From positions 16,228 through 80,227 of the IMG/VR virus record IMGVR_UViG_3300021255_000122: 64,000 nt of DNA. One strand, given 5' to 3'. The first letter of the stretch is position 1, and each line of letters starts with the position of its first letter. The translations under genes were made by a program, and so were the position numbers. A model generated the notes under the pieces. It had not been told where the DNA came from, did no database searches, and saw only the letters and a program-made list of their open reading frames with translations. Below, piece after piece: positions 7,987-17,800 of this stretch. The stretch is from a virus (taxonomy: Duplodnaviria > Caudoviricetes).

Positions 7987-8062
7987 GTGGATAGGGCGGT
8001 TTGGCCACCGCTTGATAAGGGGTAATCCTATCGCCCCTTCCACTTTTTCAAATGATAGGATT
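7987..8062 (+). ncRNA. Homing-endonuclease-associated structured RNA leader, copy 1
   Basis: 57-nt three-way junction plus loop pairing to 8054-8062; covaries with the copy at 14700-14772. Confidence 0.8.
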
Positions 8063-8081
8063 GATTAAAGAATAGGAAATT

Positions 8082-8834
8082 ATGAAAGAAATTTGGAAAG
8101 ACGTTGTAGGCTACGAGGGTTTGTATCAAGTATCGAATCTTGGTAGGATAAAATCGTTACCAAAAGAAAAGAAAACCCCAACCACAACTTTTATGACGAA
8201 AGAAACAATCTTAAATCAACACAAAGATAAGGGTGGTTACTTTCGTGTAATGTTGACAAAGAAAGGGAAATCAATACTTAAATCAGTGCATGTCATTGTC
8301 GCTTCTGCTTTTATTGGTGAAAGGAATAATCTTACCGTAAACCATAAAGACGAAAATAAAGCCAACAATAACGCAAACAACCTTGAATATCTTACAAGAG
8401 CAGAAAACGTGAGGTACGGAACTGGTATTATTCGTAGTGCTAAAAACAGACAAAATAACCCTAACATAGGTATTGCTGTAAATCAATTCAACTTAGACGG
8501 TACTTTTGTCGCAAGATACAAATCTGCTTTTCTCGCAATGAAACTAAACGGTTGGAAAGGTTGTGGAGGTAATATCTTAGAATGTTGTAGAAAAAAGAAA
8601 CACACATTTATGGGTTTTGTGTGGCGTTTTGATGGAGATACAAACATTGAATTTGAACGAAAGACTAATGCCAAGGGTGTTTTGCAATTTACAAAGGATG
8701 GTGTACTCATCACAGAATATAAGTCATTGACAGATGCGGAAATGGCTACACATACTCAAAAAGCGCACATTTGCGATTGTTGTAAGGGAAATAGAAAATA
8801 CGCAAACGGTTTCTTGTGGAAATATAAGGATTAG
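8082..8834 (+). CDS. NUMOD4-HNH-NUMOD1 homing endonuclease
   Basis: EIWKDVVGYEGLYQVSNLGRIKS; VNHKDENKANNNANNLEY; two QF..DG....Y.S repeats. Confidence 0.9.
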   Translation: MKEIWKDVVGYEGLYQVSNLGRIKSLPKEKKTPTTTFMTKETILNQHKDKGGYFRVMLTKKGKSILKSVHVIVASAFIGERNNLTVNHKDENKANNNANNLEYLTRAENVRYGTGIIRSAKNRQNNPNIGIAVNQFNLDGTFVARYKSAFLAMKLNGWKGCGGNILECCRKKKHTFMGFVWRFDGDTNIEFERKTNAKGVLQFTKDGVLITEYKSLTDAEMATHTQKAHICDCCKGNRKYANGFLWKYKD

Positions 8835-8839
8835 TAATT

Positions 8840-10972
8840 ATGGATGCAAACGAAATTAGGCATTGGCACAGCGTTTTCAAACGTGATAATGAATTGTTTG
8901 AGATACGCATATTGGGAGATAGAACTTGGAGCGGATATTTTTATGACGTGGAAACTGCAATAAAGGCTCTTGAACCGTTTGATAATGCCAATATATATTA
9001 TTCAATCAATGAGGTTAAATCAGCTTGCGCAAGCAGAGACCAATTTAATTGTTTTAAACAAGTAAAAGGTACGGCTACAAGTAAACAAGATATAGAACAT
9101 CGTTGGTGGTTGCCTATTGATGTGGATTGTGAACGACCAAGCGGTGTTAGTTCAACCGAAGAAGAAAAAGCAAAGGCTCACAAAAAAGCGCAAGATGTTT
9201 TTGTATTCTTACGCGAAAATGGTTTTTGTACGCCAGTCGTTTGTGATAGTAGTTCGGGTTATCATATATTATACCCTATTGATATGGATAACAATCAAGA
9301 AAGCGAAGATTGCATAAAGGCTTTTCTTGAAATACTTGCAAACAACTTTACGGACGAGAGCGTAAAAATCGACACCGTATTGCATGATGCAAATAGAATA
9401 TTACGATTGTCAGGAACTTATGGACGCAAAGGCCGTTCGACAAAGGAAAGACCTCACCGTATGGCTAAGATACTTTCCGTACCAAGCGAAATAAAACGCA
9501 TGGGTATTGAACAAATCAAGGCTTTTAACGCAAAATACACAATTAAGGTTGAACAACCACAAAGACGGCAATTTCGTGGATTACAAAACGAGCAATTCAA
9601 TCTAAGGGATTTTATTGAAAAGTACGGTATTAAAGTCGCAAAGGAAATTCCTATTAGTGGTGGAGGTACAAAGTTTGTGCTCGAAGAATGCCCGTTCGAC
9701 CAGCAACATAAAGCCCCAGATTCCGCTTTGTTTGAAATGCCAAATGGTAGTATTGCGTTCAAATGCTTCCACAATTCTTGTTCGCAATACGATTGGCGTG
9801 CGTTTAGGTTGCATTTCGACCCACACGCTTACGATTATGAAAACGAACCAAGACAACAACACGTACCACAATCAACGTACCAACAAAAGGGTTACACGCA
9901 ACAAAAAAAGTACGAGATTAAAGAGGAAATCCCCGAACTTGGAGAAAAATGGCTTTCCATGTCAACTATAAAGAAAGTGGACTTGTCACAACTTGAACAC
10001 TTTTCTACGGGTTTTACAGAACTTGATAAGAATATAATTGGTCTTTACATGTCGGAAGTAACCATATTGTCGGGCAGTAACGCAAGTGGTAAATCATCAT
10101 GGTTAAACACGCTCTTACTAAATATAATCCAACAGGGAGGAAAGGCTGCTTTGTGGTCTGGTGAATTGCGCCCCGATATATTGAAGACGTGGATTCAAAT
10201 GGTAGCCGCAGGAAAATCAAATCTTAGGCTTTCAAACTATGGTGATGGCAAATATTATGTACCAAACGCAATTGCCGACAAAATAGACGAATGGCTCGAC
10301 GGAAAGTTTTTCTTGTACAATAACGAATACGGAAACTCATGGCAGCAAATCTTTCACGATATGGAATTGTTGTTAAAGGCTGGCGTAAAAGTATTTGCTT
10401 TGGATAACTTGTTTAGCCTTGATATTGATATTCTTGATGGGGATAAAAACAACAAGCAAAAGGAATTGATATTGCAAATCAAGGATTTTGCTAAAAAGAA
10501 CCTTGTACATATAATATTGGTTGCACACCCAAGGAAAGTTACTTCGTTCCTTAGAAAGAATGATATTAGCGGAACATCAGACTTACAAAATGCTGTTGAT
10601 AAGATATTTATAATTCATAGGGTAAATAACGACTTTTTCCGCTCTGGTGCTGAGTTCTTTGGCGAAAGCGAAATCAATCATTATCGTGGTTACGGAAACG
10701 TTATAGAAGTTTGCAAGGAAAGACTTTACGGCGTTGTTGACTTAATGGTAGGTATGCAATACGAGGTGGAAAGTCGTAGGTTCAAGAACACGATGGACGA
10801 AAACATTCGATATGGATGGGAAATAGAACCCATACAAAGCACGATGTCGTTTAATGGTGGCCAAGTGTACACGCAACCACAAGAAAACGCGCCACAAGCA
10901 AAAGAAACGGCAAATAACGCAAACGATATGATGCCATTTGCACCTTATGTTGGCGACGATACGCCTTTTTAG
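8840..10972 (+). CDS. Primase-helicase (AEP-like primase, Zn domain, SF4 helicase)
   Basis: PIDVDCE and SGYHI primase motifs; CPF..H..CFHNSC; GSNASGKS Walker A; LVAHPRK. Confidence 0.85.
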   Translation: MDANEIRHWHSVFKRDNELFEIRILGDRTWSGYFYDVETAIKALEPFDNANIYYSINEVKSACASRDQFNCFKQVKGTATSKQDIEHRWWLPIDVDCERPSGVSSTEEEKAKAHKKAQDVFVFLRENGFCTPVVCDSSSGYHILYPIDMDNNQESEDCIKAFLEILANNFTDESVKIDTVLHDANRILRLSGTYGRKGRSTKERPHRMAKILSVPSEIKRMGIEQIKAFNAKYTIKVEQPQRRQFRGLQNEQFNLRDFIEKYGIKVAKEIPISGGGTKFVLEECPFDQQHKAPDSALFEMPNGSIAFKCFHNSCSQYDWRAFRLHFDPHAYDYENEPRQQHVPQSTYQQKGYTQQKKYEIKEEIPELGEKWLSMSTIKKVDLSQLEHFSTGFTELDKNIIGLYMSEVTILSGSNASGKSSWLNTLLLNIIQQGGKAALWSGELRPDILKTWIQMVAAGKSNLRLSNYGDGKYYVPNAIADKIDEWLDGKFFLYNNEYGNSWQQIFHDMELLLKAGVKVFALDNLFSLDIDILDGDKNNKQKELILQIKDFAKKNLVHIILVAHPRKVTSFLRKNDISGTSDLQNAVDKIFIIHRVNNDFFRSGAEFFGESEINHYRGYGNVIEVCKERLYGVVDLMVGMQYEVESRRFKNTMDENIRYGWEIEPIQSTMSFNGGQVYTQPQENAPQAKETANNANDMMPFAPYVGDDTPF

Positions 10973-11015
10973 TTAAAATTTGTGTTTTATCTTTGGAATA
11001 TTTAAAACAAAACGT

Positions 11016-11023
11016 TATATTTG
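11016..11023 (+). promoter_or_regulatory. Bacteroidota -7 element (TATATTTG)
   Basis: TTTG 20 nt upstream. Confidence 0.65.
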
Positions 11024-11042
11024 CAACCAAAATTACAATAAA

Positions 11043-11462
11043 ATGGAGAAACCAAAACTTTATGTAAAAAATGAGAAAGGCCGTTATGTGCCTTATCAAG
11101 AACCAGTACAAGAATACGACAACAAATTATATCGTAAAAATGTACGAGGAAAGAAAATCGTCTATGAACCGTGTTCAATGTGTTTGACTAACGACTTAGG
11201 CGAAGGTGTGTGGGTGGTTACTAAGCAATACGGAGGCCGTTGTATTACAAGTGGTAAGTACCTTATGGAAAATTTCATGTGCCTAAAAGCAAGCGACATT
11301 CAAGAAGTTTCGTTGGCAAAGTTAGGAGGCATGGAACGCCTTGCACATCATTTGTCAACACATTGGAATGAATTGCCGCGTTATGTTTCACAATACGAAC
11401 TTTGCCGTGCAATTGTAGGATTATTGTTTGAATACGAAAAAGAAAAGGAAAATGGGAAATAG
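11043..11462 (+). CDS. Hypothetical phage protein
   Basis: ATG at 11043 downstream of the promoter. Confidence 0.7.
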   Translation: MEKPKLYVKNEKGRYVPYQEPVQEYDNKLYRKNVRGKKIVYEPCSMCLTNDLGEGVWVVTKQYGGRCITSGKYLMENFMCLKASDIQEVSLAKLGGMERLAHHLSTHWNELPRYVSQYELCRAIVGLLFEYEKEKENGK

Positions 11463-11727
11463 CAATGTTGACAAGTTTAGCGAAATCCTTTTGGAAATGC
11501 GCGAAACGTATGAAAAGAAAAATAGCGACTATGGAAATAGCTTTGGCGACACAATACGCGAATTTGGCTACATACCTGCCGTTGCCCGTATAAACGACAA
11601 ACTAAATCGCGTAAAAAAGATGGTTAAAGGAGATGCGATGAACGTTAATGAAAGTATGCGTGACAACTTGATTGATATTGCCGTATATAGTATTTTAACC
11701 GTAATGGAAATAGATAATCAAAAATAA
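11452..11727 (+). CDS. DUF1599 / nucleotide-modification-associated domain protein
   Basis: KKNSDYGNSF...RINDKLNR...ESMRDNLIDIAVYSIL. Confidence 0.8.
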   Translation: MGNSNVDKFSEILLEMRETYEKKNSDYGNSFGDTIREFGYIPAVARINDKLNRVKKMVKGDAMNVNESMRDNLIDIAVYSILTVMEIDNQK

Positions 11728-11729
11728 AG

Positions 11730-11797
11730 CGTTCTAAGCGCGCAAAAACGAAAGATGATATAGTTTACCGCATTTTGCGTTACGTGCGCTTAGAACG
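11730..11797. repeat. Imperfect palindromic intergenic element, copy B
   Basis: CGTTCTAAGCGCGC / GTGCGCTTAGAACG arms. Confidence 0.6.
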
Positions 11798-11825
11798 AAT
11801 AAAACGTGGCTTAAAACGAAAGATT

Positions 11826-12227
11826 ATGGCATCATTTCAATTGACAGGATTTGTAAACACGATAAAATATCTACCCGACGCGTTGTTGGTTTATGTAGAT
11901 GAATACAAACGCGGCTACAAGAAACAAGACGGTACGATAGTTAGCGAAAAATATATGACGTGGAAGTGTATTTTTAAGCCATACTTTAAAAAATACGTTT
12001 CCGAACATTTCGGCGACGGAATGCTTGTCGAAATAAAAGGCGAGATAATGCCTTATGCCATCGAAAAGGAAAAGTTGATAGACGGATATAGCGTTATAGG
12101 CCAAACTATCAATATCGCATCATACCCGAAATCTACCGTGAAACGCGAAATAAGGATGATTAAAGATAGTCAAACAACCGCAAATGAAACACCCGATTTA
12201 GAGGGCTATATTGAACCAGATTTTTAG
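11826..12227 (+). CDS. SSB-like OB-fold protein
   Basis: FQLTGFV...WKCIF...LVEIKGEI; acidic EPDF tail. Confidence 0.55.
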   Translation: MASFQLTGFVNTIKYLPDALLVYVDEYKRGYKKQDGTIVSEKYMTWKCIFKPYFKKYVSEHFGDGMLVEIKGEIMPYAIEKEKLIDGYSVIGQTINIASYPKSTVKREIRMIKDSQTTANETPDLEGYIEPDF

Positions 12228-12250
12228 TTAACAATAAAAACAATTAAATT

Positions 12251-12721
12251 ATGAGCAACAAAAAAGAACTTAAACAACAAGTACGTTCCGACGTGACGAT
12301 GCTTGAAGAATTAACAAGATTAAAAAAGGATATTGAAACCTATAAGCAAGTGGGTGAACAAATGGGTGTTGAAATCCTTTCACTTAAACGTCAAAACGCT
12401 GGCTTAAAGGGGTTGAACAAGCAATTGCAAAAGCGTGTAGAACATTACAAGAAACTTGACCTTGAAGGTGATGAATTAAATGAGGAAAAGATAGCCAAAA
12501 TCGAAACTCTCACCAATGAATTAAAAGCCAAAAACAAAGAACTTGAACAATCAAAGTTAGCTTATTCTAACGTAAGCGCACAAGCTATAGGCCGACGCGA
12601 AACGATTGACAAGTTGAACAAAAAGATTTGCGGTTTAGAAAAAGAAATCTTGGAATTACGTTCAACTATTGATAGTTACAATGCAATGCCTTGGTACAAA
12701 AGGATTTATAAAAACATGTAA
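12251..12721 (+). CDS. Coiled-coil hypothetical protein
   Basis: Heptad-rich; ends PWYKRI. Confidence 0.75.
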   Translation: MSNKKELKQQVRSDVTMLEELTRLKKDIETYKQVGEQMGVEILSLKRQNAGLKGLNKQLQKRVEHYKKLDLEGDELNEEKIAKIETLTNELKAKNKELEQSKLAYSNVSAQAIGRRETIDKLNKKICGLEKEILELRSTIDSYNAMPWYKRIYKNM

Positions 12722-12749
12722 CTATTTCTTGCCATATTTATATACAAAT

Positions 12750-12783
12750 GAAATGCCACTATCTTTTTTGACGGTGGCATTTC
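12750..12783. terminator. Bidirectional terminator between convergent operons
   Basis: GAAATGCCAC / GTGGCATTTC 10-bp stem. Confidence 0.7.
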
Positions 12784-12807
12784 GCTTTAAACAACAACAA
12801 ATATATA

Positions 12808-13287
12808 TTACGTTTGTGGGGCGTTAAGACAATGCATCGTGATAGTCCCCATAATCCAAGATTTATCTCCTCTTTTCATCTTTTGTGTCGTTGGCTTGTA
12901 TTCTTTCAAGCACACACAATGTACGTATTTGTTATTAACATAAGAAGATTGAATCCATACGTCTGAATCGGTCATGTACGATATGAAATTATCGTGTACC
13001 GATTGTACATCGAAACTTACGCTTGGATTTGTCGCGTATTTTTTTCTTATGATGAAAGTAATTTCTATATCCGTGTTTTCGCGAATAACAACGGGATTAT
13101 TTGTTGTTTCGCTAATTGTCGTTATAAGAAAATCTTCTTCTTGCGAATCAATCCATTGCGCCGTATAGATATTAACAGGTTTCCCTTTTGCAAGAAATCC
13201 GTCCATTTTCAATATCCTTAGACCATTGAACATTGTTTCAACGTTCGCAAATTCACCGTTGCTTGTGTTCTTTACTTGATATGTCAT
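12808..13287 (-). CDS. Putative tail (distal-tail-like) protein
   Basis: Last gene of the tail operon; beta-rich. Confidence 0.5.
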   Translation of the reverse strand: MTYQVKNTSNGEFANVETMFNGLRILKMDGFLAKGKPVNIYTAQWIDSQEEDFLITTISETTNNPVVIRENTDIEITFIIRKKYATNPSVSFDVQSVHDNFISYMTDSDVWIQSSYVNNKYVHCVCLKEYKPTTQKMKRGDKSWIMGTITMHCLNAPQT

Positions 13288-13862
13288 AATCTTAATTCCT
13301 TTCTAAACGTTTTAATTTGTCCCAAACAATATTTACCGTATTCAACATTTGAATTTTCGGAATATTTGTATATCGTGACGTTGCAAGTGTCGTCGCAATC
13401 CCTAATATTTACCGAAGATGTATCAAAAAGATAAATCCTAATACTTGAATACCCATCACATGTAAGGTTTATTTTACTACCATTGCTTATGTAAAGCGTA
13501 GGACAGGAAACTTTTGGCACTAAAACGTTAATATTACACCAAAGTAATTGTGTAACGTCCGTTGTAATTACCAAATCAGTTTGCGTGTCAATATACATTG
13601 CATAGGTAAATCCGTTTACACCATCACAATCGTTAAAAACGTGTCCATTGATATATTCTCCAAATTCTTTTTTGCAATACTCTTTCGACAACCCTTTGCC
13701 TCGATAACAAAAGTCCGCAAAATAAGGTGCTGCTTGTTGGTTTAGAACTAACCTTACCAACTTCTCTTTATCATCGTGGCAAGCCGCCCACTTACCATCC
13801 CATTCTTTACATAGATTAGCAAGTTTGGCGTTTTTTCTAAATTCTAACATTTCGTTTTTCAT
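13284..13862 (-). CDS. Hypothetical phage protein (Cys-rich, beta-helix-like C-terminus)
   Basis: Clean ORF within the tail operon. Confidence 0.7.
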   Translation of the reverse strand: MKNEMLEFRKNAKLANLCKEWDGKWAACHDDKEKLVRLVLNQQAAPYFADFCYRGKGLSKEYCKKEFGEYINGHVFNDCDGVNGFTYAMYIDTQTDLVITTDVTQLLWCNINVLVPKVSCPTLYISNGSKINLTCDGYSSIRIYLFDTSSVNIRDCDDTCNVTIYKYSENSNVEYGKYCLGQIKTFRKELRL

Positions 13863-13865
13863 ATA

Positions 13866-14678
13866 CTAATCAGTTATTTCTACCTTGTAATTCATTAAAG
13901 CATTATAAACTTTTTCGTTTATCTTTCCATCTTTGTAATATTGTGTTGCCATTTCTTGAATATGGGCTTCTTTCGTCTTTTTGTATGCTTGAAATGCTTT
14001 TTCTTGTGTATCAAACGTGCCAAGATTTATATATTCACCATACTTTCTAACAATAGCACTAAACGATTTGCGTTTATTTCTTTTTACTACACCTATCGGA
14101 AAATTACCCCTTGTTGCATCATGTTTTGTTATAAGCGTATTTATTTCAGATGGCACAAAACAACAAGTTTTAGGGGAATATACTTTATTGCCTTTTATAA
14201 GAATGTCCTTATCAAGATGATACCCTTCTACGTAATTCTCGTCAAACCATCTTTCGAAATTAGAAAAATACCGCCAACTATCACAAACAGTACAATTTTC
14301 GTAAGGTGTTCCTATGTTCTTTGACGAATAACATCTTTGAAACATGGCTTTCCATATTACATAAGATTTATGTCTTTCCCCTTTAACCGATGTGGAAAAA
14401 TCCGAATCATTTATACCAATGCCATATATTTTTTTTCGTGACCATTTTCTTGGAATACCGCCGTTATTACGTGAAGCATACGAACAACTTTTGCATCCAC
14501 AATACAATAAATGGTCGTGTGGGGTTTGTAAAAAAACACCATGTTTCTTGCATATAATAGGAACTTTTGTAGTGGTGTTAACGTAAATTTCTTCTGTAAT
14601 AAGGTTATAATCAAACCTGTTACCCCACACATTTTTAAATGCAGTTTTAATTTCTGCTAAAGTTTTCTTTCTTGGCAT
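13866..14678 (-). CDS. Homing endonuclease (Zn-binding N-terminus, HNH-like core, AP2 domain)
   Basis: ICKKHG..CGCKSC; WKAMFQRCY...LDKDILIKGNKVYSPKTCCFVP; NLGTFDTQEKAFQAY; alternative in-frame ATG at 14708. Confidence 0.85.
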   Translation of the reverse strand: MPRKKTLAEIKTAFKNVWGNRFDYNLITEEIYVNTTTKVPIICKKHGVFLQTPHDHLLYCGCKSCSYASRNNGGIPRKWSRKKIYGIGINDSDFSTSVKGERHKSYVIWKAMFQRCYSSKNIGTPYENCTVCDSWRYFSNFERWFDENYVEGYHLDKDILIKGNKVYSPKTCCFVPSEINTLITKHDATRGNFPIGVVKRNKRKSFSAIVRKYGEYINLGTFDTQEKAFQAYKKTKEAHIQEMATQYYKDGKINEKVYNALMNYKVEITD

Positions 14679-14699
14679 ATTATCTACACTTTTAATATT

Positions 14700-14772
14700 A
14701 TCTACCATTGGAATTATGGAAGGGGCGGTAGATTTGCCCCTTATCGGATGGTGGCCAAACCATCCTATCCAT
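14700..14772 (-). ncRNA. Homing-endonuclease-associated structured RNA leader, copy 2
   Basis: 45/57 identical to 7987-8043, with differences almost all compensatory. Confidence 0.8.
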
Positions 14773-14776
14773 ACTA

Positions 14777-14784
14777 CAAAGATA
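14777..14784 (-). promoter_or_regulatory. Bacteroidota -7 element (TATCTTTG) directly upstream of the RNA motif
   Basis: Perfect TAnnTTTG with TTTG upstream. Confidence 0.7.
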
Positions 14785-14822
14785 AACATTATTCTAAACA
14801 TATCCAAATATTTTTAAGTTCT

Positions 14823-17800
14823 TTAAGATAAAAGTTCAACAGCGAAAGCACGACCACTTGGTACAAGAACCCCTTCAAGTATATGTTGTATGGCTTGTTG
14901 AGTTTGGTACGATGATTGTAGCTGCAAAAGGATTTGGCTTACGGTAGCCGTTTGAACGTCTAAGTCAAAACCTACAACCGCATCGCGGATTTGCGTAAGT
15001 AAGTCACTATGCAAATAAACTTGTTGGCTTACGCTATTCATGTATGCTTCAAGTGCGCCTGCGGTTTCTTCCGTAACACTTTGAATACCTTGTTGTAATC
15101 CGCTAAGATTCTTACTTGGGTCTGCTTTGTCGCCAAACGAATAGTATTGACTTATTAATTCTTTAAGCCTCTCCGCAAGTTCTGGGGTTGTTTGCCCTAA
15201 TTGTTCCATCACCCAACTAATGTCAGAATCGTTAATTGCGGAAACCGAATCAAGTGCTTGTTTTGTCGATTTTTCGGCATCGGCAGCGGCTTTGCGATAT
15301 TCATCAGCAATCCTCTTGAACTTTGATGCATTTGATTGTTGCAACATAAACGCATCGTATGAACTGTAACCGCCAAATGTTGTAAGAATCTCCATGTCAT
15401 TCATGTTTTTTATATCGCTATTTCTTAATTGCGCTTCGGCGTATGCTTCCGCTTCTTTTTCCGAACGCGATGTGATTCTTTTATCTATGCTCTCCCAAAG
15501 GTTATCCATATATTGTGTCATAACACGCGAAACAATTGATTTCATTATCATGTTATCAATCATTTCTTCGAATTTACCTTCAAACACTTCCATGTAGTCC
15601 TCACCTTCACGGAAAGCATCTATCATGGATTCAACCAAGTTTTCTGCAAAATCACCAACGCTTGAAACACCCATTAGGTCGTTAACAATTTCGTTGGTCA
15701 TATCCATAATCTCGTATTGCAATTCCTTGATATTCTTTTGTAAATCAAGAATCTTGTCATCGTCACGGTCTTTGGAGTCACGCGACTTTTCAAGAATCAA
15801 TTGCCTACGTAGTTCTTCAAGTTGCAATTCCTTGTTGGCTTGTGCGGCTTTCTTAGCACCTACAACACTTGTTCCGTATGCGTTATCTATTGCGTGTTGC
15901 AAATCAACATAGGCGATTTCAAGCCGTTTAACGGCGCGTTCGGATGCTTCCACTTGTTCGGTTATCTTTTTGTTATTGTTGCCCGACAAGAAAGAAACAA
16001 GGCCGATAATAACGCTTAACGCGGCGGCTATAGCCAACAAATAAGGTGATGTTGATTGTAAAACAATCATTGCAGCCACGACACCCATGATAACGGTAGT
16101 CATAACGGAAAAACCTTCGGATATTGCATTGATAGCCTCTGCCGTATCATCATCGCCTGCGGCCTCGAATAGTTTTGCCACCGACGTAAATAATCCTTGC
16201 ACGTTTTCAAGTTGCCCAGAAAGACCTTGTAGGCCGTTTTGTAGTTTCTTGTAAGCCTTTTGTTGCTTGTTTTCTGCTTGAACAACCTTTATTTCTGCAT
16301 TTGATTGTCTTTGAATAGCAAGCGCAAGACGTTCTCTTGCTTTTGCTTGCATTTCGGGATTTGCATCTTCCGACTCGTCCAATTCGCGTTGAGCGGCTTC
16401 TACTTCTTTTGTTGCGTCGGCAAGTTCTTGTTGCGCCAATTTTGCTTCAGCGCTTGCTTGTCGCATTTCCCTAATGGATGATGTTATGGCAAGATACGGG
16501 TCACGGCTTTCAAGTTCGGATTGTGCTTGTTTTAGGCTTTGCATCAATGCTTTCATTGACGCTGGGTCTTCTTTGACTTGATTCTTTAAAGTTTCAAGTT
16601 TATCAATAATAAGTTGAATGGCGTGTGTGGAATTGTTTGACATATCCTCAAACGTCATTGTGTACAAATCCGAATCTTTGAAATCACCCCACGTTGCGCT
16701 TGCTATTTTACTATCTTGCATCTTAAATGCTGCATTTGCAACATTCGCGGCTACCTTGTTGCTTGATGTTACCTTAGATAAAACATCTGCAAGTTCTGCT
16801 TGTAAACGTGCAATTTCTTGTGGGTTGCTTGAAACCTTTATCCGCGATACAATGTCTAACGCTTGCGATTGTTGCGAATCGTTACCAAATTGACGAATGA
16901 TAGAAAGTTGTTCTTGAACGGTTTCTTTGTATATCTTAATGATTTTTGATTGTAAGTCACCGTACTTTTCTACCAAATCCGACCAATTCTTTGTAGCGGA
17001 CTTTGCTTCGTCAAGCCTTATCTTGTTGGCATATTCGCGTATCGAGTTGAGTGATTTTACAAAAGCACTATCCAAAGTTTGTCCTTGTTCTTTAGCCCAT
17101 TTTTCGAAATCGTTTTTGTCAAGCATTGCGGCAAGGTCGAAACTTTGTTGGATATTGTTTTCGGCAAACAATTTGTCAACACTTGCTTGCATCTTCGTGA
17201 CAACTTGGTTAAACGTTCTTGGTAAGTCACGTAGTTCGCTTTCATCAATACCCATCATGTCTGCAAAAACGTCGCCAAGTTCGGGGTTGGCATCAAGTTC
17301 TATGCCGAGTTCGTATTCTTCTTTAAGTTTACCAAGTTCATTGTTAAGGCCATCGGTTAACTTTTTGTAATCCGCTTTTGTAATTTCGACATTAATGTTT
17401 GCGATAGCTTTTTCAAGCGATTCTATTCCTTTTGCGTTGTTTGCACCCTTTGCAACATCAAGTAAGGACTTGTAATAATCTCGAACTTCTCGCAAGTCCA
17501 TATTGGCAAGTTCTTGTGCGCCCTTTGTTTGAACGCCGTACTTGCTTAATGTAGCGTTAACACGCATAAGTGTGTTGTTGTATTCTTCGGCTGCTTTTGT
17601 AATCGCTTCTTGTGCAGAAACACCCATCTTGCGATATTCGTTATATCGCTTTTGAATGTTGTTGATTAATTCTATTTCATCTTTAAGCGATTCGGCAAAC
17701 GGGTCTTTCTTAGCACCACCAGAGGATTTCGTCTTTTTATCATGTTTGTTTCTTTCTTCAAGGGCATCCCGTTCTTGTTTGTATTGTTTTTCACGCGCAG

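Noticed and set aside
7987-8043. HDV-like (theta), hammerhead, twister or pistol ribozyme
   Set aside because: Pairing order and conserved nucleotides do not fit those folds as I recall them; self-cleavage remains untested
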